DNA of 64,000 nucleotides. It comes from a virus. The DNA lies in the UHGV virus genome UHGV-0090440. One strand, written 5' to 3'. Both the position numbers and the translations under genes were made by a program. Shown one piece after another: positions 47,601 to 56,399 of the stretch. Position 1 is the stretch's first letter, and every line of letters begins with the position of its first letter. The notes under the pieces were generated by a model. That model made no database searches. It had not been told where the DNA came from and was given only the letters and a program-made list of their open reading frames with translations.

Positions 47601-48600
47601 TTTCCAGACCATCAATTATTTTGTTGTCATTGGTCTGAAGAATTTTTGTTTGCTCTTCTACTGCTTGTGCTGATTTTGTCTCAACAGCATTATTAAATGC
47701 TGTTGCAGAGGTTGCTTTTTGAGTATTAACCACCGCCGGATAAGTGATAGCTGGAGATGTCTCTTTCGAAGGTGAAGCCTCACCTTTCCCCTTTTCTACC
47801 CATTCTTTAAGAGATTCTGCTTTACCTGTGATCTCTTTAGTAATGTCGTACATGCCGCGAGCAGCCATCCACAACGGACCACCAGCGCCAACACCTGCGG
47901 CATCTGTTAAAGACTCTTCACTGGAAGACTGATTGCCATCTACCCCTATAATGGAGCCTAATTTCCGGAGGAAGCCTTCTTGTAGTTTGGCGTCGGCCTT
48001 ATGTGCTTTCTGCCATTCTTTTTTTCTGGCTATATCTTCGTTGTTTTTCTGGGATACAAAGCGTCCGTTACTATCCCGAAGCGGTCCTTTTTGGCTTTGG
48101 GGGGATTGTGGTTCAAGAGGAGCAGAATTAGCGGCTACTGGCACAGAACCTTTCAACTTTTGGGCTGACTGGCGTGATGACGCAAAATGAACGCGCTCTG
48201 ATGTGTTGGTTGCAACAATGAGACGTTCTTCTCCGTTGTTGATCAGCGTCCTCCCTTTTTTCATCGGAAGGCGTTTTATATATGGGTTAGCTTGGGTGTT
48301 CTTGGCATCATCAGAGACATAGGGTTCGCTTGCTATGAGTCTACGGGATAGTCTTTGACTTACTTTACCTTGATTTTCACCAAGTTGAGTTATAGACCCT
48401 CTACCAGAGAGAATGGCGTCTTTGATCTCAGCAAGAGCGTTAAGTTCGTTTGTGCTCGCCCCCTGAATAGCGTCAATTATTGCGATACGGTCTTTATTCT
48501 CTTTCAAAATAACCTCTCTTTTGCCAGCGGCGATCAACGTTTCCCGGCTTGAGCTTTGTATTTTTCTTCCAGGGCTTTTGACATATGGAGTGCTCGCCAT
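44620..48600 (-). CDS. tail tape-measure / injection protein candidate
   Basis: 1326 aa, long low-complexity regions, internal 25-aa tandem repeats, position upstream of baseplate genes. Confidence 0.55.
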   Translation of the reverse strand: MASTPYVKSPGRKIQSSSRETLIAAGKREVILKENKDRIAIIDAIQGASTNELNALAEIKDAILSGRGSITQLGENQGKVSQRLSRRLIASEPYVSDDAKNTQANPYIKRLPMKKGRTLINNGEERLIVATNTSERVHFASSRQSAQKLKGSVPVAANSAPLEPQSPQSQKGPLRDSNGRFVSQKNNEDIARKKEWQKAHKADAKLQEGFLRKLGSIIGVDGNQSSSEESLTDAAGVGAGGPLWMAARGMYDITKEITGKAESLKEWVEKGKGEASPSKETSPAITYPAVVNTQKATSATAFNNAVETKSAQAVEEQTKILQTNDNKIIDGLENVSDEVVKLRKSVSSGNKFGLSDLWRNRASRRNKINIGDQAGKNKRNKPKRKGRNLGKKALSVGEKAAAGTAAAGAGAGAAKTVKTKVSKAKDISTTSDASKGIAKETKNTAKAVKPAGVVAEEATVKTGETVAKKKTESVALKSAAKIGVKSAASTAARAIPIIGSLAMAGYDAIDGYTDTDAQKAAFGLSDDDAVAEQQKTAYATANVLDMGGLVSGATNLIGKGISALGFERAGEKLQNFDTGDIARGVNGAVDITKSVFGSLKDTFLSTDENTKQVKKAVEDGTKKTVDAIHSLGEQLQGGRNGEDGVGEHGYTSPTEFSSPANNTIAADLNIGGSNSKNRNYRNNNLGNLVFANQEGATLESPNAKGEQRFARFNTPEEGIRALANQVSSYYNGTSAAAGYQKLQTVSSIISKWAPPNENNTNQYIDNVSKYLGVSPNEKIDVSKPEVMTQLVRAIATKEGGNPAVNNEFIKNALGAFNTNTGRWEGQFSDETLARINKIQKENGGQLIARDSQYSVGRKVKYANGKSPAQPVLNAVPTATQQPIEVAQHAQAVKKPQKTGNQPQPINPENADVNTGSPSSLLERLITINESGISGASNLFGGAATSLAGTSLDLVKDFALATSFGSISSLSEKAKGMDQALTEKISGLTGKSFGFKKASQVADIATAIQQKRTVNHDTEIIDLLPGDQVSPSTPKTPQQEQALAISQAMAGFSSAAPAPKTPQQEQALAISQAMEGFSSAAPAPKTPQQEQALAINQAMAGAAPVVTSGKRTITAPSDVQIYDNGYKVVTGEDKSFFGSLFDSTVSGLKQTGTAVIPAVGDNLSRLVGGIDSTGILNDLVMQSTGQNSAIARAISPLTRNVGDWLNGGIQQTANSIRGIATGANNAIFGSASAVQEPFLAMPPQLPTVTDLARSGIRQPLTTDTINNDPAMLKALDNICSILNDLLNVNKNNTKGDPDNVVKTSQPQPRPRASTTINDQSLDALLED
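45305..45504. repeat. 75-bp in-frame tandem repeat, about 2.7 copies
   Basis: Units at 45305-45379, 45381-45455 and partial 45456-45504, differing by 1-3 nt; encode the repeated APAPKTPQQEQALAISQAM(A/E)GFSSA block. Confidence 0.8.
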
Positions 48601-48654
48601 TGTGGCAATTGTTCAACGTCACTAACGGGCTGATATCCATACAGAGTCAGGTTG

Positions 48655-49476
48655 TTAATAATGGTTAGCCATCCATTCAGATCTAATTGATGGGATAAAC
48701 TCTCTATTGAGAAAGGGGACGTACAGTGTGGTTGTCACATCTGCACCCTCCTTAGCGTTTTTGCAATGTTGCGGAGGCAGGATCAGTCGGCTTGAGCCTC
48801 TCTCAATAGACATTTTCAGGCCGTGGCGTAGGTCTTTTTGCATAAGCTGTATGCGAGCCACAAGCGGGGTAAATTCGGTTTCAAGCGCCATGCTTTCAAT
48901 GATGTCAAAGCGTCGGTTAGCGGCCTGCGTGAAGTCCTCCGGATCGTCTTCAAGCGCCGTGCATAAAGCGAGTTCAGCAATTCGCATCCGTGCTACGCCA
49001 GCACTGTATTCGGGAGTTTTCATATCAGGAAGTGACGCTCGCATTCGTTCAAGGAGTTCCGCGCCTTTCCCGGTTAATGGTTTAAGTATCCAGTCAGTTG
49101 GTACTCCATTTACTGGTACGTTGGTTTTCACGTAAGGAGGTACAGTGAGTATTTCTACTGTTTGGGCCAGGTCGCTCAGGTTAATATCTGCATGATGCGT
49201 ATTACCGCAGTGACTGCACTCATAGGAGTAGGTCATTACTGCATCGGGGCGCGAATTAACAAATATCCACCAAAGAGCAGTTCTGCGGTCCTGAACTGTC
49301 CAGTTAGCACTGTCGTTAATTTCACCATCCTGCATAGAGTTAAGGTACTCTGTAGTCGTTGCCTCATCTTCTGCCGGGTTCAGGTCAGAATATTTCAGCG
49401 CATCCTTCACGGTAGGGGCGTGGAACTGAATTTCTGTCTCAGGACGGGAAGGCAATGGGAATTTTGGAATGTTCAA
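48655..49476 (-). CDS. hypothetical protein (first gene of tape-measure/baseplate operon)
   Basis: 273-aa ORF divergent from the repA region. Confidence 0.5.
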   Translation of the reverse strand: MNIPKFPLPSRPETEIQFHAPTVKDALKYSDLNPAEDEATTTEYLNSMQDGEINDSANWTVQDRRTALWWIFVNSRPDAVMTYSYECSHCGNTHHADINLSDLAQTVEILTVPPYVKTNVPVNGVPTDWILKPLTGKGAELLERMRASLPDMKTPEYSAGVARMRIAELALCTALEDDPEDFTQAANRRFDIIESMALETEFTPLVARIQLMQKDLRHGLKMSIERGSSRLILPPQHCKNAKEGADVTTTLYVPFLNREFIPSIRSEWMANHY

Positions 49477-49581
49477 TTATTCCTCCGAAAAGCAGGTATC
49501 TGTTCATTTTCCAGAGGATAGGGAGTGTGTGATTTGCGATGGGGATTGAATGAAGATCTTTGCCGGTCGAGAAGCGATTAT

Positions 49582-49860
49582 TGAGGGTGATTTTTACACC
49601 TTAAGTGACGCTACTCACATATCCACAGAGTATTTTTATAAACCTTTTTCCATTTTTAATCCTTTTTAGATCCTTTTTAGGCGTCGCTGGAGCCAGTAGT
49701 GGCGCGGGCTGTAGAGGAGGCTGGTGTAAGATTTGCCCTCAATTAAATACGATCGGTGTAAGATTTGCCCTCAGAAGGTGTAAGATTTGCCCTCAAAAGG
49801 TGTAGTAATTGCCCTCAAAGTGGTGTAAAAATTGCCCTCACCATTTGAAGGATCACACAG
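49582..49860. promoter_or_regulatory. plasmid replication origin region (oriR-like)
   Basis: Inverted iteron (49582-49600), DnaA-box-like ATATCCACA (49619-49627), AT-rich tract with GATC sites (49555, 49669, 49751, 49850), then five direct 19-bp iterons overlapping the repA promoter. Confidence 0.6.
49723..49840 (+). repeat. five direct 19-bp iterons GGTGTAAGATTTGCCCTCA (incC-like)
   Basis: Copies at 49723, 49755, 49777, 49799 and 49822, with 1-3 substitutions each. Confidence 0.8.
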
Positions 49861-49864
49861 GGTT

Positions 49865-50620
49865 ATGAACAGAGCGGAATTAACAGCAAAAGCCGTCAGC
49901 CTGATTGAGTCAGCGACACCTATTAGTCGTAGTCTGGCACAAGCCAATGAGATCACGGAGGCTGCTTATCACCTGACTCGCGACCAAAAGCGACTGTTGT
50001 TTATTGTGGTGGGAAGACTTCGCTATGCTTCTAAGGATGGCGTTCTTGGTTCAGGTGCCTGTGAGTTGACGGTCAACGAATATGCAGAGATGTATAATTT
50101 GCCCTCTGCTGAAGCCAGCAAGGATATTCGTAAGGCCATTTCAGGGCTTAGCGAGAAGAAAGTTACGATATATAACCCTGATGAATCGACCGAATCAGAA
50201 GACAGTTATGAGTCTTATCCCTGGATGATTAAGGATGCCTATTCACCACGGCGCGGGACTTACATTATTCATCTTAATCCATATCTCATGCCGTTTTTTA
50301 CTCTGCTTGATAAGAGATTCACAAGGCTGAATTTTACCGAAGTATCTCGCCTTACAAATCCTTATTCTATGCGGCTTTATGAGTCCTTATGCCAGTACAG
50401 GAAGGATGATGGAAGCGGCTTTGCCATACTTGGCGTCGAATGGATGCGGGAGCGTTATGGGTTACCAAAAAGCTATCAGCGGTATGCCGAATTTAAGAGA
50501 AGTTTTTTAACGAAGGCTGTAGCAGAGATTGAAAAAAATACAAAAATGAAAATAGTCTTCTCAGAGGTGACGGAAGGCGGCAAAGTTACCAGGATAAAAT
50601 TTACCTATCAGCAGTCTTAA
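49865..50620 (+). CDS. repA: iteron-binding replication initiator (RepA-like)
   Basis: ORF track start is TTG 49832 inside the last iteron; ATG 49865 preferred (252 aa); flanked on both sides by iterons, as in P1/F-type replicons. Confidence 0.7.
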   Translation: MNRAELTAKAVSLIESATPISRSLAQANEITEAAYHLTRDQKRLLFIVVGRLRYASKDGVLGSGACELTVNEYAEMYNLPSAEASKDIRKAISGLSEKKVTIYNPDESTESEDSYESYPWMIKDAYSPRRGTYIIHLNPYLMPFFTLLDKRFTRLNFTEVSRLTNPYSMRLYESLCQYRKDDGSGFAILGVEWMRERYGLPKSYQRYAEFKRSFLTKAVAEIEKNTKMKIVFSEVTEGGKVTRIKFTYQQS

Positions 50621-50914
50621 GGGCAATTTTTACACCCCTCTCAAGGTGTAGAATTTGCCCTTAACGATCGGCAATTGAGGGCAATTTTTACATCTTAATT
50701 GCATGTATCTCGTTATTAGCAAGTTGTGTTTTTATATAACGTATTGATATGTAAGGATTATGTAAAAATCGCCCTCAACCAATATCGTGCGTATCGTGCA
50801 TTCTTATTGCGCTTTTTTATTATCATTCACTGTGTTAACTGATTGATATTATTGAAATATGTAAAGAATGCCTTCATTGCTGATGGATTGATGATGTAAA
50901 AAATGCCCTCAACA
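50621..50914. repeat. downstream iteron array (incA-like copy-control locus)
   Basis: At least six iteron copies in both orientations (50621, 50646, 50677, 50760, 50860, 50896), consensus ATGTAAAAATNGCCCTCA. Confidence 0.7.
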
Positions 50915-51001
50915 TTGCGCTACCTTCCCTACCCGCTATCGTTGAGGTCGTGGGTGCTGACGGGAAATGAGCAACCCTCCAGCACACATAATTAAAGCTA
51001 T

Positions 51002-51709
51002 TCAGAATTTGATCACTCCACTCACAGCCCCCTTTAACGCGCTTGTAGCCATGCCAGCGGCACCGTTGACCAAAGCAGAAACACCTGAGCCTGCGGATGT
51101 GTATTTCTGGAAAGTGATTGGATATGACAAGAACTCTGACACCTGGTCTCGTGAGCGGGTGATTTCCCCAAGTTGAGTGGGGAATACGCGCATTTCCTCT
51201 TCCAGTTCTTTACCGCCATCCTGAGTTACCCGGTAGAGCCGGATCTTCATTAGATATTCAGGAGGAAGGTTTATTGTTCCGTCCGGGTTTGTCACGCGGG
51301 AACGACGCTCTTTGAACCAGTTCATGATCTTGCCGTCTTCGGTATCCCTTACGGTCATCGTGACTGGTCCGGCGGTGACGTAGGTTGGCTTGCTGAACTC
51401 TACGCTACCTATCACCTTGTTTTCTGTCTCGATATTTCCGCTGCTGTAGGTGATATCCTTCACGAACATATCGAAACCGTTCAGACCGTCCACTTCAACC
51501 GTCCACTGCCATCCCTGGGCGTAACGAATACGCATAGCGGCAGCAACAATATTTTTCCCGTAGGCAATATCGCTGCTGTAGTTCCCACTTACCCCGCCGC
51601 CGGATATTGCTTTATCCAGAATGTCGCTAATGAGGTTGCTGGTGAATGATTTTGTGTTAAATGACAGTGCGGTGGTCAACGTTCTGCCAACGCTGCTGAA
51701 AATACTCAC
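51002..51709 (-). CDS. virion structural protein
   Basis: 235 aa, last gene of the head/tail operon. Confidence 0.45.
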   Translation of the reverse strand: MSIFSSVGRTLTTALSFNTKSFTSNLISDILDKAISGGGVSGNYSSDIAYGKNIVAAAMRIRYAQGWQWTVEVDGLNGFDMFVKDITYSSGNIETENKVIGSVEFSKPTYVTAGPVTMTVRDTEDGKIMNWFKERRSRVTNPDGTINLPPEYLMKIRLYRVTQDGGKELEEEMRVFPTQLGEITRSRDQVSEFLSYPITFQKYTSAGSGVSALVNGAAGMATSALKGAVSGVIKF

Positions 51710-51724
51710 TCTGCGCCTCCAGCG

Positions 51725-52285
51725 TTAAAAAATGGTAGCCCCCGGAATAATCGCCCGGTTTGAGGACATTTTTTCTTCAATCTCCTGAACGCGGGCATAT
51801 AACGTGGCTTCATCAGGTAGATCTGAGTAGTCAAATTTCCCGTCGATGGACGCTCGACGCTGGCGGGCGACATTTCTGACATTGATAAGCGCCTCCAGGT
51901 ATTCTTCCAACATACCAATGATTGCAGGCGGCACTTGCCATTCGTCCAGTTTTCTGTCGCGGAGATTAACCAGATACAGCATCCGAAAAGGCCATCGTTC
52001 TGAACCTGTCAGCTCTAATTCAATAAAGCCGGATAGTTCATCCGAATAGACCAAAAGGCCATTGCTGTCGGTGACGTGAACAAGGGATAGATAATCTTCC
52101 GGCAATGGGATTGCGGTGCCACCAGCTTTTTCGAGTTTTAGTGTCTTCACTACCCCGGCCCTGTCCTGATACGTGGTCAGCGCTTTAATCAGGAAGGCTT
52201 TCAGCGTGTCTTCTTCACGCACAAGCAGTGGGTTAAATCGCGTTTTAACGCTTTCTAATAATTCGGTTGGTGTCATCGTAGCCAC
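51725..52285 (-). CDS. virion structural or assembly protein
   Basis: 186-aa ORF in the operon. Confidence 0.45.
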   Translation of the reverse strand: MATMTPTELLESVKTRFNPLLVREEDTLKAFLIKALTTYQDRAGVVKTLKLEKAGGTAIPLPEDYLSLVHVTDSNGLLVYSDELSGFIELELTGSERWPFRMLYLVNLRDRKLDEWQVPPAIIGMLEEYLEALINVRNVARQRRASIDGKFDYSDLPDEATLYARVQEIEEKMSSNRAIIPGATIF

Positions 52286-52330
52286 AACTCAAATTCAGAG
52301 GAAATCCCGTCCGGAAGGACGGGAAAGAGA

Positions 52331-52822
52331 TCACTCTACCCAGTTGTAAACAATACGCAGGGAAGGTTTCACGACTGCCGTTACGTCTTCGGAAGAGAAG
52401 TCCACGGCGTCGGAATACACTTTGCAGTGAGAGTAGGTACGAATCAGACCTTTGTGGTTGCCGCTGTTGGATTCAGCCGCCGCCTGGAAGGTGATATCAA
52501 GATACTCTTTGCCATAAACCATTTGTTTAACGGCTGCGAGTACATCCCCTTCGATTGTCTCAGAGCAGGTGACCTGGAACTCACCAGAGTTGCGCAATGG
52601 CCCGTGTTGGTTGAACTTCATGCCGCCGGGGGCATAATCCTCCACGTCTTCGCGTGTCATTTCCGGTAACTGAGTGGTACGAACAAGTACAGACAGTTTT
52701 TCGTAACCTTTAATAGTCATCCAGAATTCTGAACCAATAAGTTTTTCGCCTGCTGCCAGGTTTTTATTAAACCGGGATTTCAGGAAGGCGATATCGGCTT
52801 TTGTATTTGCAAAACCGGACAT
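52331..52822 (-). CDS. tail tube protein candidate
   Basis: 163 aa, downstream of the sheath candidate. Size and context only. Confidence 0.35.
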   Translation of the reverse strand: MSGFANTKADIAFLKSRFNKNLAAGEKLIGSEFWMTIKGYEKLSVLVRTTQLPEMTREDVEDYAPGGMKFNQHGPLRNSGEFQVTCSETIEGDVLAAVKQMVYGKEYLDITFQAAAESNSGNHKGLIRTYSHCKVYSDAVDFSSEDVTAVVKPSLRIVYNWVE

Positions 52823-52830
52823 AATTACTC

Positions 52831-53421
52831 CTACACAAAAACAGATGATATGTTGCTACGGTTAATCGAGGTGTTTCCGCTGCATTGCAGGGTTACCGTG
52901 TTATGAGTGAAATAGCCTTCCGGTGTGCGCGGGGCGTCCAGTTGGTAACTCACGCTTTTGATAACAACGTCGGTAAGGGCTATGTTCCTACCTATGTTTA
53001 ACGTTACTGTCTCCGGGCGACGACCGAATGGCGCTACATTGTTCAGTTCCGGCGATTCCATCTTCAGCAATGCTGTAATGGCTGCGTTCACTTCAAGTTG
53101 CGCGTTCGTTGTCGCCATGAAATCAATTACCAGATTAAATTCAGGCGGTTGCTGACCTTCCCAAACAAGCATTGAGTTGAAGAGGGTTTTTGTTGTTACG
53201 CCGGTTGCGGTCTGAAGCGTATCTGCAAGAGAGCCAGCCGCAGCGCTAATACCACCAAGCAAACCTCCTACTGACTGGTTTTCAAATGGTGATTGCCACA
53301 TTGATGATAGTTCTGCGGTAGATCCTTCACCGATATAACCGACGACCATATCCTCTGAAGAGAGGATATAAACCTTCATTAACGGACTTATTCCGTCAGG
53401 CATTATCGCGCCGCAAATCAA
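52831..53421 (-). CDS. virion structural protein
   Basis: 196-aa ORF in the operon. Confidence 0.45.
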   Translation of the reverse strand: MICGAIMPDGISPLMKVYILSSEDMVVGYIGEGSTAELSSMWQSPFENQSVGGLLGGISAAAGSLADTLQTATGVTTKTLFNSMLVWEGQQPPEFNLVIDFMATTNAQLEVNAAITALLKMESPELNNVAPFGRRPETVTLNIGRNIALTDVVIKSVSYQLDAPRTPEGYFTHNTVTLQCSGNTSINRSNISSVFV

Positions 53422-53470
53422 ACGCTATTTCTCCCTGGTAGAGGCCACCTTTGCAGGCGGCCTATGTCAC

Positions 53471-54211
53471 TTACAAACCGCGTTTTTTGCGAATGCGCAT
53501 TGATTTTTTGCGGTTGATATTCGCTACGGATGTATGTGCTTTGCGGCGTGCTTTTTTCAGCGCCTGTTTTTGCAATGACGTCATGCGGCGAGGACGCGGG
53601 CGTTTACGGATGATGGTAACCTTGCCATCACGAACCACTTTTTTACGTACCGCTTCCAGCATTGCGCTATCACCACCAGCAACGGTGTAAATGGCAATAG
53701 CTGTTTCCATCATGTCGGTGTCGCTTTCGGAAAGAGCGTCAAAAACACGTTCGGCAGCTGAGTCATCTTCATCGTCGATCATTTCGGTTACATCGTCCTG
53801 ATCAGCGCCAAGCGCAACAGCTGCATCAGCAAGAGCTGCGAGAGCATCGTTATAAGCATCGATTTGTTCATCGGTGAAATCGGTGCCTTCATCGATATCA
53901 GCCAGGCCAGCCATAGTGATTGCTAATGCATCAAATGAGTCAGCCTCCGGATCACCATCTTCAACCCAACCAGCAAGCATGGACGCTGCCAGGCTGCGCA
54001 TATCACCTTGTGCACGGGATTCAACCGCTTCCATCATCGCGGTTTCAATGTCGTCTTTGGGCTTTGGTTGAGTGTCCTTTCCTTTCTGTCCTGCGCTTTC
54101 CAGCATGGCGTTATCATTATTGTCCTGAGTGGATTTATCACCGCTTTCAAAGCAGCCAGAACCGAAAATCGCACGCATAAACGGATCAGCAGTATAATTT
54201 TTCATATTCAA
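53471..54211 (-). CDS. acidic protein with strongly basic C-terminal tail
   Basis: 246 aa; Asp/Glu-rich core, Lys/Arg-rich C-terminus (IRKRPRPRRMTSLQKQALKKARRKAH); possible scaffold or internal protein. Confidence 0.45.
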   Translation of the reverse strand: MNMKNYTADPFMRAIFGSGCFESGDKSTQDNNDNAMLESAGQKGKDTQPKPKDDIETAMMEAVESRAQGDMRSLAASMLAGWVEDGDPEADSFDALAITMAGLADIDEGTDFTDEQIDAYNDALAALADAAVALGADQDDVTEMIDDEDDSAAERVFDALSESDTDMMETAIAIYTVAGGDSAMLEAVRKKVVRDGKVTIIRKRPRPRRMTSLQKQALKKARRKAHTSVANINRKKSMRIRKKRGL

Positions 54212-54248
54212 ACCTCTCTCCCCCGCATCATTTAGCGGGGGTTATAAA

Positions 54249-55907
54249 TCAGCGCATCAGAATTGGCTTACCGACGATTCGGCGAGCTGTACCGGTCGGA
54301 CAAACAGACCAGGCCACTTCCCACAGATCGATGTCCTTTTGGACAACCTGAACAACATATGGATCTTCACCCTGGGACTTGTCACGTGGAGTAACCAGCG
54401 CACCGGCTGCAACGTAACGGTCAAGCAATTCAGTCATTGCTTTCATTAGCGCTTCTTTGGTAATGCCATCCGGTTCGTGCTTAATCGCCTGAGCAACTTC
54501 GTAGAAATTGCGTGCGATAGCGTTCATCAGGGACGATACGTGCTGGAATCGCAGATAGTTGTTTTTGCTGTAAGTTGTTAAAGAGTCGTCAATGTAAACG
54601 GACCCGTCAGCAGCAACTGAAACTGGATTAATGCGCGCAAGAACGAACGCTTCACGATCAACTGCACCGATATTTGGAATTCGGGCAATGTTCTGTCGAT
54701 CAATAATCGCGCGTGATATACCTGCCGGTGCGTAATGCCAACCACCAACATCCGGTACCAGCGCCACTCCTTTTGCCTTCGCTACGAATGCGTCGCAGCT
54801 AATGCCATAGACGACATTCATTCCAGTGAAAGTATCTCGGCAGGAGAGCGGGAAGTAGTAACGGCTTGGTTGATGTGAGCCGCCAAAACTATGGCTTTTC
54901 GCTTCTGAAATAGCGTTTTCAGGTGTCTGGTTGCCCTTCAGGTCATAGAACATGTCTACGCGAACATCTTCAGCCAGCTTTTTGATTGCGGCTAAGGCGG
55001 ATGCGTCATAACAACCCAATGACAGCAATGCGGTGTAATTAACCTCTGAAGCTTCGAGAACCTTTAATGCTTCCAGATAGTCTGCAGCGGCAATTTCGGA
55101 CAGATTTCCATCAGTACCACCTTCAAAAGCCACATCCTCAAAAATGAGTTGAGCAGCGGATGCTTCTGCATTATCTGCCAGTACGGCACCAATGCGAGTG
55201 GACTGGCTTTCAAGCAGTGTCGGAATCCATGCTGGTTGGCCCATGTCGTTGGTGCCTTCTGGATTGAAAGACACCTGGTGGCTTTCCAGCACCTCAATGG
55301 ACCCATCGGTTTGTTTTTCTTTCAGCGTCAGCGTAAAGAGTTTGCTTTCTTCATCATCGCGAGTTAGTGATAACGTGCGATTTTGAGATGCATCACCATC
55401 TTTGATGAAGAATAATGCCTTCTCTCCACCTTTAATCTGGGGCGTCTCTTTGGGTGTGAAGGTCACTGATTGAGTCGTTGCAGTTGGAGCAACACCAACG
55501 CTTAATGTGTCACCTAGATTTGCTGTGGTTTCAGTAGGTTCAACGGAAAGTTCTTTGCTCGCCTTTGCCGCTTTTGCTTTGCCCACAACGGAAACAGAAA
55601 TACCCGGCACCTTCATGTCTTTAGCGCAAACTCGAACGACATATCCAGAGCCGCCTTTTACTGCACGCTCCACGTGGCGATATGGTTCAAATGCCGCGCC
55701 CAGGCGAGGGTGAATCGGTGAACCTAATACGCTTTGATAAGTCGTATCGTCAACTTTCAGTACCTTACCCGGTGCGCCACGACGCGATATTACAAGCCCA
55801 GCAAAGACGGATGCGCCACCGCTGGTATTGGTGAGGGTAGCGTCAGCATTTACTGACATTACAGCAACGCCAGCTGCCTGCCCTACCGAAAAACTAATCT
55901 TATTCAT
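54249..55907 (-). CDS. tail sheath protein candidate
   Basis: 552 aa major structural ORF after the capsid candidate and Ig-like gene; could alternatively be the capsid protein. Confidence 0.4.
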   Translation of the reverse strand: MNKISFSVGQAAGVAVMSVNADATLTNTSGGASVFAGLVISRRGAPGKVLKVDDTTYQSVLGSPIHPRLGAAFEPYRHVERAVKGGSGYVVRVCAKDMKVPGISVSVVGKAKAAKASKELSVEPTETTANLGDTLSVGVAPTATTQSVTFTPKETPQIKGGEKALFFIKDGDASQNRTLSLTRDDEESKLFTLTLKEKQTDGSIEVLESHQVSFNPEGTNDMGQPAWIPTLLESQSTRIGAVLADNAEASAAQLIFEDVAFEGGTDGNLSEIAAADYLEALKVLEASEVNYTALLSLGCYDASALAAIKKLAEDVRVDMFYDLKGNQTPENAISEAKSHSFGGSHQPSRYYFPLSCRDTFTGMNVVYGISCDAFVAKAKGVALVPDVGGWHYAPAGISRAIIDRQNIARIPNIGAVDREAFVLARINPVSVAADGSVYIDDSLTTYSKNNYLRFQHVSSLMNAIARNFYEVAQAIKHEPDGITKEALMKAMTELLDRYVAAGALVTPRDKSQGEDPYVVQVVQKDIDLWEVAWSVCPTGTARRIVGKPILMR

Positions 55908-55974
55908 GCTGGTTCTTATCCTCTAAAGCGAGAGAACGAGGCAAGGCTGCCCACGGTTAATGGGCAGCCTCTGA

Positions 55975-56253
55975 TCAGGATTCGCTTACCGTGAAGGTAT
56001 CGCCTACGGTTACTTCTTTCGTAGTTGGTTCAACACTGACGGTGCTTACGCTTTTATGTGCCTCCCTAACAGTGACTGTGCACTGTGCGGTTTTATTGCC
56101 GTCATTTGTTTTGATTGTCAGCACTGCCTCCCCGGCCTTAAGAGCGGTACATGTAGTGCCATCAACCTGGACAATATCAGGGTGATCTGACTCAACAGTG
56201 AAAGATTTGTCTGTTGCGTCAGGTGGCGTGATAGTTACTTGAATGTTTGCCAT
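55975..56253 (-). CDS. bacterial Ig-like (Big_2) domain protein, virion decoration candidate
   Basis: 92 aa with the alternating-strand Big_2 pattern (TVT..V.VDG..A.KAGEAVLTIKT.DG..A.CTVTV). Confidence 0.55.
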   Translation of the reverse strand: MANIQVTITPPDATDKSFTVESDHPDIVQVDGTTCTALKAGEAVLTIKTNDGNKTAQCTVTVREAHKSVSTVSVEPTTKEVTVGDTFTVSES

Positions 56254-56261
56254 TTTTTCTC

Positions 56262-56290
56262 CTGGACGCCCCTTAATCAGGGGCGTGTTT
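56262..56290. other. GC hairpin between capsid-candidate and Ig-like genes
   Basis: GACGCCCC-TTAATCA-GGGGCGTG followed by TTTTTGCC on the plus strand; on the minus-strand mRNA it lies just before the Ig-like gene RBS. Confidence 0.35.
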
Positions 56291-56399
56291 TTGCCTTACT
56301 TCTGCTTTGTTTTTTTCTGTGCCTTTGAAGTGTTCGCGGCGATAGTTTCACCTTCATCTACGTCAAGTGACGTTGGTGATACCGACACGTTCGCCACCA

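Noticed and set aside
49723-50914. Iteron arrays considered as CRISPR or mobile-element terminal repeats
   Set aside because: 19-bp units with variable spacing flanking a Rep initiator gene and DnaA box; classic origin iterons.
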